Shown: positions 8,796-17,339, numbered from the stretch's first letter. The stretch is 37,901 nucleotides of DNA from an uncultured Sphingobacteriaceae bacterium (GCA_937875035.1 CALNCF010000328.1:1-37901), one strand, 5' to 3'. The notes: generated from the letters alone by a model not told the origin. Numbers and translations: made by a program.

Positions 8796-9077
8796 ATGGC
8801 AGAGAACATACAAATTTCCTGTATCAACAAAGATGATCGTTACAGTGCTTATGAGCGAATAAAATATGTAGGAGGAGTTCATAATGGTTTAAGATGGAAG
8901 CTTCCATTAAATGACGCAATACGCGGAATTGAAAATGGAACTTATACATTTTATACTAATGTAAATGGTCATGTAAGGCGGGTTGTTATAGCAACGAGAA
9001 GTGGTGTTAAATACCTAAAAACCGAAGCTGATAATGACACGCCTGACAATTTGCTTAGCTTGGCTGAGTGTCCTTAA
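8796..9077 (+). CDS. DUF3892 domain protein
   Basis: 93 aa. ...ERIKYVGG...WKLPLNDAIRGIENGTYTFYT...GVKYLKTEADNDTPDNLLSLAEC matches my recollection of the DUF3892 pattern. Confidence 0.75.
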   Translation: MAENIQISCINKDDRYSAYERIKYVGGVHNGLRWKLPLNDAIRGIENGTYTFYTNVNGHVRRVVIATRSGVKYLKTEADNDTPDNLLSLAECP

Positions 9078-9106
9078 AATAAGTGCCCATTTTGGGCACT
9101 TATTTT
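9076..9106. terminator. Bidirectional stem-loop between convergent genes
   Basis: A 14-bp stem, aaaataagtgccca (9076-9089) / tgggcacttatttt (9093-9106), has A/T runs on both sides. It sits between the DUF3892 gene (+) and radC-like gene (-). Confidence 0.8.
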
Positions 9107-9365
9107 TTATTTTCCTGAATAGTTCCATATTCCACTTTGCCCAATTATAATATGATCCAGTACCTTCACATATAAAAACTCTCCCAATAGTTCTAATCTT
9201 TTTGCAAGCACCATATCATTCGCACTTGGAAGTAGATTGCCGGATGGATGATTGTGAGCCATAATAATGCTTGAAGCATTGACCTTCAAAGCTACCTGAA
9301 ATATGAGCAAAGGGTCTACTGCAGTGGAACTGATGCCGCCGGAACTGACTCCATAATATCCTAAT
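9107..9365 (-). repeat. Diverged direct repeat with 8214..8474 (the two radC-like copies)
   Basis: By-eye nucleotide alignment of the two segments shows extended colinear similarity with many substitutions. The encoded peptides differ at only a handful of positions. Confidence 0.7.
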
Positions 9366-9562
9366 ACTCTTCCTGCCCTATTCATATAAATTGCGATCAT
9401 TTCTTCGCGGTGATTTAAGCTACCAGGTTTCCAAATAGCTTTCAGGAGTTCGTGGACTTGATCCGGATTTGTAATTACCGGATGATCCTCAATCGGATCT
9501 TTGTAAATGTATGACAACTCAATTTCCGGAGGGCGAGAAAGTCTGAACTTCTTCTTTGGCAT
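9107..9562 (-). CDS. RadC-like JAB/MPN domain protein (DUF2466 family)
   Basis: 151 aa with the JAMM-type motif HNHPSGNLLPSANDMVLAKRL preceded by SSGGISSTAVDPLLIF. Confidence 0.85.
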   Translation of the reverse strand: MPKKKFRLSRPPEIELSYIYKDPIEDHPVITNPDQVHELLKAIWKPGSLNHREEMIAIYMNRAGRVLGYYGVSSGGISSTAVDPLLIFQVALKVNASSIIMAHNHPSGNLLPSANDMVLAKRLELLGEFLYVKVLDHIIIGQSGIWNYSGK

Positions 9563-9694
9563 CAGCGATAAGTCTTATGGCCGTCGAAAGTTACCCAGAG
9601 TTATACAGTATTGATAACGCCCCCGCAGGAACAACATCTTGACACTTTCATATAATTACCTGATATTGTATTGATTAACCAATAGAAGGCCTGT

Positions 9695-12600
9695 ATGAAA
9701 ACCCACATACTTACGCTGATCGCGATCATACTCCTCCCCCTGTATGCTTTCGCGCAACACATTGAAACCGTTAACGGAACCTCTGCGCTTCAGCCCATCT
9801 CCACCCTTGGCACGGTATCCATCCCGGAAAAGGGCGGGCGGTACCTGCTCTTTTCGTTTGAGAAGATCCCCGGGGAAAACGAAATAGCGATACTCCGTGA
9901 AAAGGGTATGGAGCTCACCGGCTTCGTTCCCCCCTCCGCCTATATCGCCCGGCTGGAACGCTGGGATGTAGGCCTTCGACAGGAGGTGCAACGCATCTTC
10001 AACGCCTATGGTGAGATCCCCGTACAGCTCAGGCTCGCGCCTGATCTTTTCAACGCTTTATCCGGAGAAGGCATTCATTTCCCGCAGGAGTTTATCCTCT
10101 CCGTGTATGAAGCCGGGGAGCTGGAAACGCTTCGCGGTTTACTCACTGCTCAGAACATCCCTCACTATACCACTTCCCGCACAGGTACTCACAGCCTGAT
10201 CGCCGGGCTGGGCGACCTGCCGCAGCTACAATGGGTATTGGCCCTGCAAAGCCTGGAATCGGTTGCCAGGTATTACCCGGAGATGACTGAGCAGTCTACC
10301 AATAACAGCATGCAGGCCAACCAGATCCATTACCTCAATTACAACCGGGTCGGACCAACCGGGAAGAATACTTATTTCGCCAATATAGAAGCCTTCGGAG
10401 GGAACAACCTGTTCAGGCTGAACGCTACAGGCAGGAATCACCCGGTATACGGCATGCATTATGCCGACGGACTGAATGCGGGTGCGGGCTCGCACGGCAC
10501 CACCGTAGGGCTGTATGCGGCCGCGGCTAATAATTACAATGAGTATGAAGACCGGGGCATGGCAGAAGGCGCCACCTATGTGTTCATGCCCTCCTATTCC
10601 GACATCGAAAAGCTGTATACTGATTACAACCTCCGGCCGCTTACCCTGAATGTATCCGCAGGACAGGGTGGCCCGACCGTTGCCTATAACGCGCAGGCCC
10701 GGGAGTTCGACCGGATCACCCGTTCGCTCGGAAGCTTTATGCTCTGCATGGCCGCAGGCAACAGCGGGAACACCACCAATACCACGCTCTCCTATGGACC
10801 GGGATGGGCCACTATCGTCGCAGAAGAACGGACCAGCAAAAATAACTTCACCGTACACGCCGGGGCTAATCCCGGCGAACATTACGAATGGGCCAGCAAG
10901 GGCCCGACACGCGACGGGCGGCTGAAACCCGACATCAGCCCCGAAGGCTTTGCAGGAACTTCCAACGCCTCACCCAATATGGCAGGCATGGTGAATGTGC
11001 TGTTCGAATCTTACCAGGACTCTTACCATACCGCTCCGCGCAGCGACGTGGTGAAAGCCGTGGTGCTGAACACCGCGATCGATGCAGACAAGAAGGGCAT
11101 CGATTTCAAGACCGGCTTCGGAACCCTCAACCCGATCCGGGCGCACCGCGCCATCCAGCAGCAGCATATTTTTACCGGCAGCATGCCCCAGGGATCATCC
11201 GGCAGCGTACAATATACCCTCAATATCCCGGCAGGTACCCGGCTGGCCAAGATCCTGCTATACTGGCATGACTACCCGGGAACGGTAGGTGCTGCCAAAG
11301 CGCTGGTGAACGACCTCGATATCAGGGTAAGCACACCATCCGGGCAAACATTCCTGCCCTGGGTACTCGACCCTAAACCGGGCAGGCATTACGATCTCCC
11401 GGTACGCAAGACCGACAACCTGAACAACGTGGAGCAGGTAACGATCGACGATCCGCAGGCCGGCATCTACACCATCACCATAAGCGGAAGCTATGTGCCC
11501 TTCGGTCCGCAGCCATTCGTAGTGACCTACGACCTGCTCCCGTACCATATCGAGATCACCTCGCCGGTAGCAGGCTTCCGTACCGCACGCGGCAAGCAGA
11601 TCCTCTTTACCTGGAATGCCGCCCTTGCCACAGGCAACCAGGTCGAACTGATCCTGCAAAAGCAAACCGGGCAGAGCTCCGTAATCGCCACTCTTCCCGA
11701 TACACAGCTCTACTACAAATACACCATACCTGCCGACTTCCCGAACAGCTCAACGGCACGCCTCATTGTCAGGCAGAAGAACACCTTTTATGCCGATACC
11801 AGCGAATATTTTCATGTGATGGAAAGTCCTTCGGGATTGTCGTTCAGATCGATCTGCAGCGACAGGATCCGGCTGCAATGGAACAACCTGAATATCCCGG
11901 GCACCCAATACATCCTATACCGGCTCGGCGAAAAATATATGGAAGAGGTAGGGCGCGTGGATTACCCTGCCACCTCCCTCTTGCTGGAAGCCTCCGCCTT
12001 ACCCGGAGCCAGCCAGGGCTTTAAGCGGGAAGAATGGTTCGCCATTGCGGCGAAGCACCCGAACGGAGCCCAGAGCCTCCGCTCCCTCCCGGTCTGCAAT
12101 TCCCAGGTACCCCCGCTGAGCCTGCCCATGCCTTTTCAGAAAGAATACACCCTGTGCTTCGGCGATTCGGCGGTGGTCCGGGCGCACGAGCTGGAACGCG
12201 ACAGCATCCGCTGGTACCGCAACGGCAGTATGATCGCGGGCGCTTCCTCCTCCGCCATGACCTTCCGTGCCAGCGATCCGGGGGATTATTTCTACCGGGA
12301 ATTCCAGCAGGGCTGCGTGTATACCAGCGACACATTCCGCATCAATGCCTTTCTTCATATCAGCGACACCTCGGTGTACGGCGACCGTTCCTGGAATGTC
12401 TATGTGCTGAAGAACGACGACCCCGGCCAGTACTATGGCCGCGTAGTGATCCCGGCCCTCTCTATAAACTCTACCAAATATTACCGCGACCTCGACGGGC
12501 AGATCAACGATGCGCCGGGCTATATCGGGTGTCGCCCCGGCCAGTTCTACACACTCCTGTATAAACGCAAAGGCTTCGCTAAAGGCTATTACAAAATGAC

Positions 12601-13735
12601 GCTCGACTATATCCAGCTCCAGGCAAGCATCTTTATCAACGGGCAGTTAGTGTACACGAGCCCGCAGAATGTGATCAACCAGGGTGTGGTATGGCAGGGC
12701 TACCTGGATGAAGAAAGCACCGTACGGATCGTGCAGCCGGGCCGCGTGCATACGATCATGAGGCTGGACATCCAGGCATCCGGGTATGCCACTCCCGGGC
12801 ATACCGCACAGGCTCCCGCCTTATGGCTCAAAGGGGACAAGGCCGTCAGCGACAGCTCGGGACTCGTAAGATCATGGCGGGATGTCAACCCCTATGGCGT
12901 CAGGAACAGCGCTACATCCGGAGCCGGGATCCAAGTCAGCCCCGCAGGGATCAACAACAATCCCAGCCTTATTTTCGGGAACCAGGGAGGAATTCATGGA
13001 AAGATATCTTCCGGAACGGAGAATGAAGGATACACCTACGCCGTGTTCAACATGCAGGAAGTATCCCGCAGCAGAGCGCGGGTGCTTGGGTTTTCCCTCA
13101 ACCCCTACAGCGACGACCAGTACAACTTCAGCTATACGCCGTTTTGCAGGAAAGACAGCAGCGCGCAGATCGGCGTGTACCGGAATGCCTTCAGCCTGTT
13201 CCCGGCCATACCGCTCACCGGGCAATGGAACCTGCTGCAGACCGGCATGAAGCAGGGCGAATGCTTCATCTCTTCATCCGGCACCCCGATCGCACAGGGT
13301 ATCCCTACTTCCCCGGGTCTGCTCTACGATTCCTATAATATCGGCTCACGCTACGATTCGCTCCCGGGCGAAGGACGATTCAGCGGAGAGATCGCCGAGA
13401 TCATCCATTATACTTCACCGCTCAGCCCGGGCGAAAACCGCCGGGTACATACATACCTGGCCCTGAAATACGGCTTCAGCCTGCCCTATCCTTACCTGGG
13501 TGGCAGCGGCCGCGAAATCTATACGGCAGGCAGCTACAGCCGGCAGATCGCAGGCATCGCCCGCGAAGATGCGCAGGACCTGATGCAAAAGCAATCACGC
13601 AGCAACGAGACGATCCCCGATGTGTTTACGGGTAGCCTGGGCGCCATAGCTTCCTCGAACGCGCAGAACAGCGCACCGTTCGCCATAACGGAGCGCCTGC
13701 CCTGTATACCGAACCATGGGCCGATTCCTCTATAA
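9695..13735 (+). CDS. Secreted S8-family (subtilisin-like) peptidase, large multidomain; appears to lack its own C-terminus (see 13996..14808)
   Basis: Signal peptide MKTHILTLIAIILLPLYAFAQ. The His motif is GSHGTTVG (H at 10493-10495), the oxyanion-region motif is AAGNSG, and the Ser motif is GTSNASPNMAG (S at 10961-10963). The protein is 1346 aa and ends abruptly at 13735. Confidence 0.85.
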   Translation: MKTHILTLIAIILLPLYAFAQHIETVNGTSALQPISTLGTVSIPEKGGRYLLFSFEKIPGENEIAILREKGMELTGFVPPSAYIARLERWDVGLRQEVQRIFNAYGEIPVQLRLAPDLFNALSGEGIHFPQEFILSVYEAGELETLRGLLTAQNIPHYTTSRTGTHSLIAGLGDLPQLQWVLALQSLESVARYYPEMTEQSTNNSMQANQIHYLNYNRVGPTGKNTYFANIEAFGGNNLFRLNATGRNHPVYGMHYADGLNAGAGSHGTTVGLYAAAANNYNEYEDRGMAEGATYVFMPSYSDIEKLYTDYNLRPLTLNVSAGQGGPTVAYNAQAREFDRITRSLGSFMLCMAAGNSGNTTNTTLSYGPGWATIVAEERTSKNNFTVHAGANPGEHYEWASKGPTRDGRLKPDISPEGFAGTSNASPNMAGMVNVLFESYQDSYHTAPRSDVVKAVVLNTAIDADKKGIDFKTGFGTLNPIRAHRAIQQQHIFTGSMPQGSSGSVQYTLNIPAGTRLAKILLYWHDYPGTVGAAKALVNDLDIRVSTPSGQTFLPWVLDPKPGRHYDLPVRKTDNLNNVEQVTIDDPQAGIYTITISGSYVPFGPQPFVVTYDLLPYHIEITSPVAGFRTARGKQILFTWNAALATGNQVELILQKQTGQSSVIATLPDTQLYYKYTIPADFPNSSTARLIVRQKNTFYADTSEYFHVMESPSGLSFRSICSDRIRLQWNNLNIPGTQYILYRLGEKYMEEVGRVDYPATSLLLEASALPGASQGFKREEWFAIAAKHPNGAQSLRSLPVCNSQVPPLSLPMPFQKEYTLCFGDSAVVRAHELERDSIRWYRNGSMIAGASSSAMTFRASDPGDYFYREFQQGCVYTSDTFRINAFLHISDTSVYGDRSWNVYVLKNDDPGQYYGRVVIPALSINSTKYYRDLDGQINDAPGYIGCRPGQFYTLLYKRKGFAKGYYKMTLDYIQLQASIFINGQLVYTSPQNVINQGVVWQGYLDEESTVRIVQPGRVHTIMRLDIQASGYATPGHTAQAPALWLKGDKAVSDSSGLVRSWRDVNPYGVRNSATSGAGIQVSPAGINNNPSLIFGNQGGIHGKISSGTENEGYTYAVFNMQEVSRSRARVLGFSLNPYSDDQYNFSYTPFCRKDSSAQIGVYRNAFSLFPAIPLTGQWNLLQTGMKQGECFISSSGTPIAQGIPTSPGLLYDSYNIGSRYDSLPGEGRFSGEIAEIIHYTSPLSPGENRRVHTYLALKYGFSLPYPYLGGSGREIYTAGSYSRQIAGIAREDAQDLMQKQSRSNETIPDVFTGSLGAIASSNAQNSAPFAITERLPCIPNHGPIPL

Positions 13736-13995
13736 AGCTGCAACGCACCTGGAAGCTGCAGCATACCGGTAAGGCCGGGAGCTTCCGCTTTAATTTTGAT
13801 GATTCCCTGAACCCTCCTTCGCTTTCCTGCGAAGCATACAAGCTCCTGCTTGGCCCTGACCTTTCGCAGCCTGCCAACGCCCGCCTGTATGAGCTGTATA
13901 GCTATACCGCTGCCGATGGGAAGACCTATGCTTACGCGGATGTAAGCTTCCTGTCGGATACTGTTCTTTATTTTTCGCTGATCCGGGAACAGCGT

Positions 13996-14808
13996 GTGCT
14001 CACCAGCCAGGCATTGCCAGCGCAAAGTGCTGCCTCGGCTACCTGCATCGTACAGGACGCCCTAGTACTCATCGACAGCTCCGGGCAATACCAGGTCGCG
14101 CAGGTCATCTTCCCTCCGGCTTCGGCAGCGCAAACCAACCTGCTTATGTTGCGGACAGACCATGCGGAAAATTCACTGGCAGCCTGCAACGATACCACAC
14201 GCCTGAGCGTGCTGAATCGCTTATTACATGTTGACTTTAGTCCCGACAGCGGGACGATCGGGGTACGCCTGTTCCTGCTGCCGGAAGACTCGCTGAACGC
14301 CCTGCACAACCCCACGCTTACCGGCTGCGAACCATTCCGTTATCCGTTGCACTGGTTCCTGGAAGAAGATGAGGATAGCCTGGCCGCAAAGATCAGGAAC
14401 GCGCAGGCGCTCTCCTGGATCCCTGACCAGGAGCTGCAATTAACCAATGATTCTTCCGGGCTTTATATTGATATCAGGAATCTGCCGATTCGCAGCTTCA
14501 TTCTCGGCGCCGCACTGTACGATACCACGATGAAGCCGCCTCCGGTGATCCTTTCCACCGCGCTTGATCCGGCTGAGGATATCTCCGTTTATCCCAACCC
14601 GGTACGGAACGAGCTCAGCGTGGAAGGCATGCAGCCCGGCAGCGTCATCAGCCTGTACAATGTATACGGACAATGCCTGTACCGGTCAACAGCCACCGAA
14701 GCGATCACCAGGATCGCCATGCCCTATGCCCCGGGTATGTATATGATCGCGGTTGAAGGAACGGACGGTTCCGTATATAAGCAAAAGGTGATCAAGGCCG
14801 CGGAGTAG
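13996..14808 (+). CDS. T9SS C-terminal sorting domain protein; probably the displaced C-terminal part of the S8 peptidase gene
   Basis: The C-terminus ISVYPNPVRNELSVEG...LYNVYGQCLY...APGMYMIAVEGTDGSVYKQKVIK is a Por/T9SS CTD. There is no signal peptide and only a GTG start. The same frame is open upstream back to 13636. Confidence 0.8.
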   Translation: MLTSQALPAQSAASATCIVQDALVLIDSSGQYQVAQVIFPPASAAQTNLLMLRTDHAENSLAACNDTTRLSVLNRLLHVDFSPDSGTIGVRLFLLPEDSLNALHNPTLTGCEPFRYPLHWFLEEDEDSLAAKIRNAQALSWIPDQELQLTNDSSGLYIDIRNLPIRSFILGAALYDTTMKPPPVILSTALDPAEDISVYPNPVRNELSVEGMQPGSVISLYNVYGQCLYRSTATEAITRIAMPYAPGMYMIAVEGTDGSVYKQKVIKAAE

Positions 14809-14814
14809 ACATAA

Positions 14815-14853
14815 AAAAGAGGATGCTGGTTTTTCAGCATCCTCTTCTCTTTT
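14815..14853. terminator. Rho-independent terminator between convergent genes
   Basis: The stem aagaggatgctg / cagcatcctctt has a gttttt loop, with an A run before it and ctctttt after it. Confidence 0.8.
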
Positions 14854-14896
14854 AGCAGCGCCCCGTGGCGGGACGATGATATATATCTTAGATGAA

Positions 14897-15244
14897 TTAA
14901 ACCTTCTTTACAAATTCAGATTTCAGGGCCATGGAACCGAAGCCATCGATCTTACAGGAGATATTATGATCCCCATCGACCAGGCGGATGTTCTTTACTT
15001 TGGTTCCCGACTTTAATGGCTTGGGAGCACCCTTCACCGAGAGGTCCTTGATCACCATCACCGTATCACCATTCTGTAATTCATTTCCATGCGCGTCCAT
15101 CACACGTCCCTCGGCATTCCCCGCTTCCTCCGCAGACTCTGTTCCGGGTATCCACTCATGGAAACATTGGGAACATACCATCATCTCCTGGTTAGGATAA
15201 GTCAGATCGGAATGGCATAAAGGGCAGTGTACAGTAGCGCTCAT
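14897..15244 (-). CDS. yjdM: Zinc-ribbon protein YjdM/PhnA
   Basis: An N-terminal CPLC...CSQC zinc ribbon, then [15 protein letters not shown]...[39 protein letters not shown] chose the ATG at 15244 ([10 protein letters not shown]) rather than the longer ORF-track start. Confidence 0.85.
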   Translation of the reverse strand: MSATVHCPLCHSDLTYPNQEMMVCSQCFHEWIPGTESAEEAGNAEGRVMDAHGNELQNGDTVMVIKDLSVKGAPKPLKSGTKVKNIRLVDGDHNISCKIDGFGSMALKSEFVKKV

Positions 15245-15433
15245 TTTATTTGGGTATAAGAGATTTGAAGGTCCTGAGGACAGGGATTTGTTCCCTGACA
15301 ACCGAATAGGATACTCAGGGGTAAAGGTAGGAAATTATTGGGATAAAACTATTGAAGATGAGTTCTGTAAGATATTGAAACTATTAATAGGCTCCTTAAA
15401 TATTCACACAAAGAATAAAAAGCATTTACCAAT

Positions 15434-15811
15434 CTATTTTTCAACCCAATACGCAAATGATTGAGGTGGTGATAAATTAAAATCATCTTTTAAACATTTT
15501 GGTCTTTTGTACTTTCTCGTTTTTTTAATCTTTATTGCAAAACCTTCATTTTTGTTAGCGAAATACTCGTAGTAGAATTCTTTACTAATACCCGAATATT
15601 CTTGTGTTAAGTCCCAAAGTGTAGATAAATCATAATTTAGAACTTCATCTATTTCAAATTCTCCTATTACTTGTTGAACAGGAGATGATGCATAAACAAT
15701 TATTGATTTTATATTTTCATTCTTAAAAATTGACTTTCTAAATTCAAATTTTTTTGTACCATCAAATATCTTAAATGCGAACTCTGGTTTGATTGATAAT
15801 ATTACCTTCAT
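15434..15811 (-). CDS. Stand-alone ASCH domain protein (COG4933-like)
   Basis: MKVILSIKPEFAFKIFDGTKKFEFRKSIFK...IIVYASSPVQQVIGEFEI...GFAIKIKKTRKYKRP...PPQSFAYW matches the COG4933-type ASCH pattern as I recall it. The ATG at 15811 lies 4 nt after the upstream stop (15816-15818). Confidence 0.8.
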   Translation of the reverse strand: MKVILSIKPEFAFKIFDGTKKFEFRKSIFKNENIKSIIVYASSPVQQVIGEFEIDEVLNYDLSTLWDLTQEYSGISKEFYYEYFANKNEGFAIKIKKTRKYKRPKCLKDDFNLSPPQSFAYWVEK

Positions 15812-15815
15812 CTTG

Positions 15816-17339
15816 TTATTTCTTATTATATGCAAACTTAATTAAATCCTCGAACTGGTCGTTAGTCAATTTAGCAAAACCTTTCGGTAAGCTCATTGGA
15901 TCTGCGAATATTTTTAACTCGATCAAGTCATTAAGAGTTGGCTTAGGCGTTGGTAACGAGTGAGCATATAGAAAGTTAATTACAAAAGGTCTATATTTTG
16001 GAAACTTATCCCACCATTTTGTTTTTAAATTCTCTTTAGAGATCATCGTCCGTCTATTACAAGCATTAAAAAAATCGTCGAAATCCTTAAAGTCATTTTT
16101 AACACTCTCTACAATACAAATTGTTGTAACTGTACTGGAATACTTTTTAGGACTTGTTTCACCAATTCTATATATCAAGATAACATCCCCAGATTTTAAG
16201 TGTCGATCAGATGAATGAGAAATATAAACTTTACTAATTCTGTTTCTGTGTGGTTCATTCTCTGTATACTTGTCTTTGTCTTCTTTTGTATTTATACTAT
16301 CTGGGAACAACTCGGTGTGATATTGAGGCTCTATCTTAATCAGATATTTATTAGTTTGTCTTGAAAAGAATGGAAAGGTAAGTTTAGGGTTTTCAATATT
16401 TACAGGATTTTTTTTATTAAAATCTCTCACATAAACTAACTCATCTCCATTTTGAGTTGTTTTAATCCCATGCCTTGTAAAGCCCCACTCTTCAAGCATC
16501 TCAATTAGTTGTTCTTGTTCAGGTCTTTTGTCGAAAATTGTAACATAAATTTCTTCAACTTTAAAAAGTAAAGCATTGTCAAATATCGTTTTCAGGAATC
16601 GTTCACCGATTTTGTAACCATTACCCGTTACTTTTAATGTTCCAATCTTCAATCTTTTTTTAGGTTTGAAAACGGGGGTTATTTCAGAATAGCTCTCTTC
16701 TCCAGCCTTTTCAATTTTTATGAAGAGGAATGCGGTTAGTTGATTATCATTATAACATACATAGCATGGCTGCTCGGATTTACGATTAAACCATGTATCA
16801 AATTCCTCATAATCACTTCTAAAACTGTCAAAAAAACTATCTTTCAAATTAACTTCGGCAAAATCAACTTTTTTGACAGCCAAAACCTTATGCGTAACCA
16901 AGTCTGGATTTTGTGCTATAGCTTTTTCTAAAAAACTTTGGATACGAAATACCTTATCGCCAATTCCTAAAATATTTGCCTTTGCATGAATTTTTTTGTC
17001 CTCTGAAATTAGGATATCTACCCTATCTTCAAATACTTCATTTAATATTTGAGTATCATTAATATCATTCTGTAAGCGATCATATTGTTGACTTACTTGT
17101 TTGATTTTATCACCTAATGGGGCTTGATATTTTAATTGATTGTAACTCTCAATTTTTACATTCATTGTGCTTAAAGAATCTTGATCCTTATATCTTTTTA
17201 ACTCTTCTATTGTCAAGGGATGAATATATTTATCATATTTGAGTTTATCCAGCCAATTGAAAAGTTGTCCGATGCCAAGATTGTGGGCCTTATTGGCTTC
17301 CCGATGTATGATGATATTTGTATCAAGTAAGACTTTCAT
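15816..17339 (-). CDS. Three-domain fusion protein: N-terminal PIN nuclease, central GNAT-like acetyltransferase, C-terminal PUA-like (EVE/ASCH-type) domain
   Basis: PIN: VLLDTNIII (D6), IEELK, NDINDTQIL, ILISEDKK. GNAT-like (about aa 155-305): AFLFIKIEK...LKIGTLKVTGNGYKIGERFLKTIFDNAL...IYVTIF...LIEMLEEWGF. PUA-like (about aa 325-505): KYLIKIEPQY...LKSGDVILIYR...TTICIVESV...LPKGFAKLTNDQFEDLIK. Confidence 0.7.
   Translation of the reverse strand: MKVLLDTNIIIHREANKAHNLGIGQLFNWLDKLKYDKYIHPLTIEELKRYKDQDSLSTMNVKIESYNQLKYQAPLGDKIKQVSQQYDRLQNDINDTQILNEVFEDRVDILISEDKKIHAKANILGIGDKVFRIQSFLEKAIAQNPDLVTHKVLAVKKVDFAEVNLKDSFFDSFRSDYEEFDTWFNRKSEQPCYVCYNDNQLTAFLFIKIEKAGEESYSEITPVFKPKKRLKIGTLKVTGNGYKIGERFLKTIFDNALLFKVEEIYVTIFDKRPEQEQLIEMLEEWGFTRHGIKTTQNGDELVYVRDFNKKNPVNIENPKLTFPFFSRQTNKYLIKIEPQYHTELFPDSINTKEDKDKYTENEPHRNRISKVYISHSSDRHLKSGDVILIYRIGETSPKKYSSTVTTICIVESVKNDFKDFDDFFNACNRRTMISKENLKTKWWDKFPKYRPFVINFLYAHSLPTPKPTLNDLIELKIFADPMSLPKGFAKLTNDQFEDLIKFAYNKK

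Larger units (their letters stand above)
5491..9650. other. AT-rich genomic island 1 (probable horizontally acquired insertion; no integrase seen)
   Basis: Hand-counted 60-nt lines inside the island give about 18-38% GC, against about 53% for a flanking backbone line. The gene content is all accessory or unknown. Confidence 0.7.

Noticed and set aside
15280-15296. A short hairpin, caggga-tttgt-tccctg, between the ASCH gene and yjdM. It could be an island terminator.
   Set aside because: It has only a 6-bp stem and no T tract on the minus strand. It lies about 140 nt from the ASCH stop and inside the likely yjdM 5' leader, so the evidence is insufficient.
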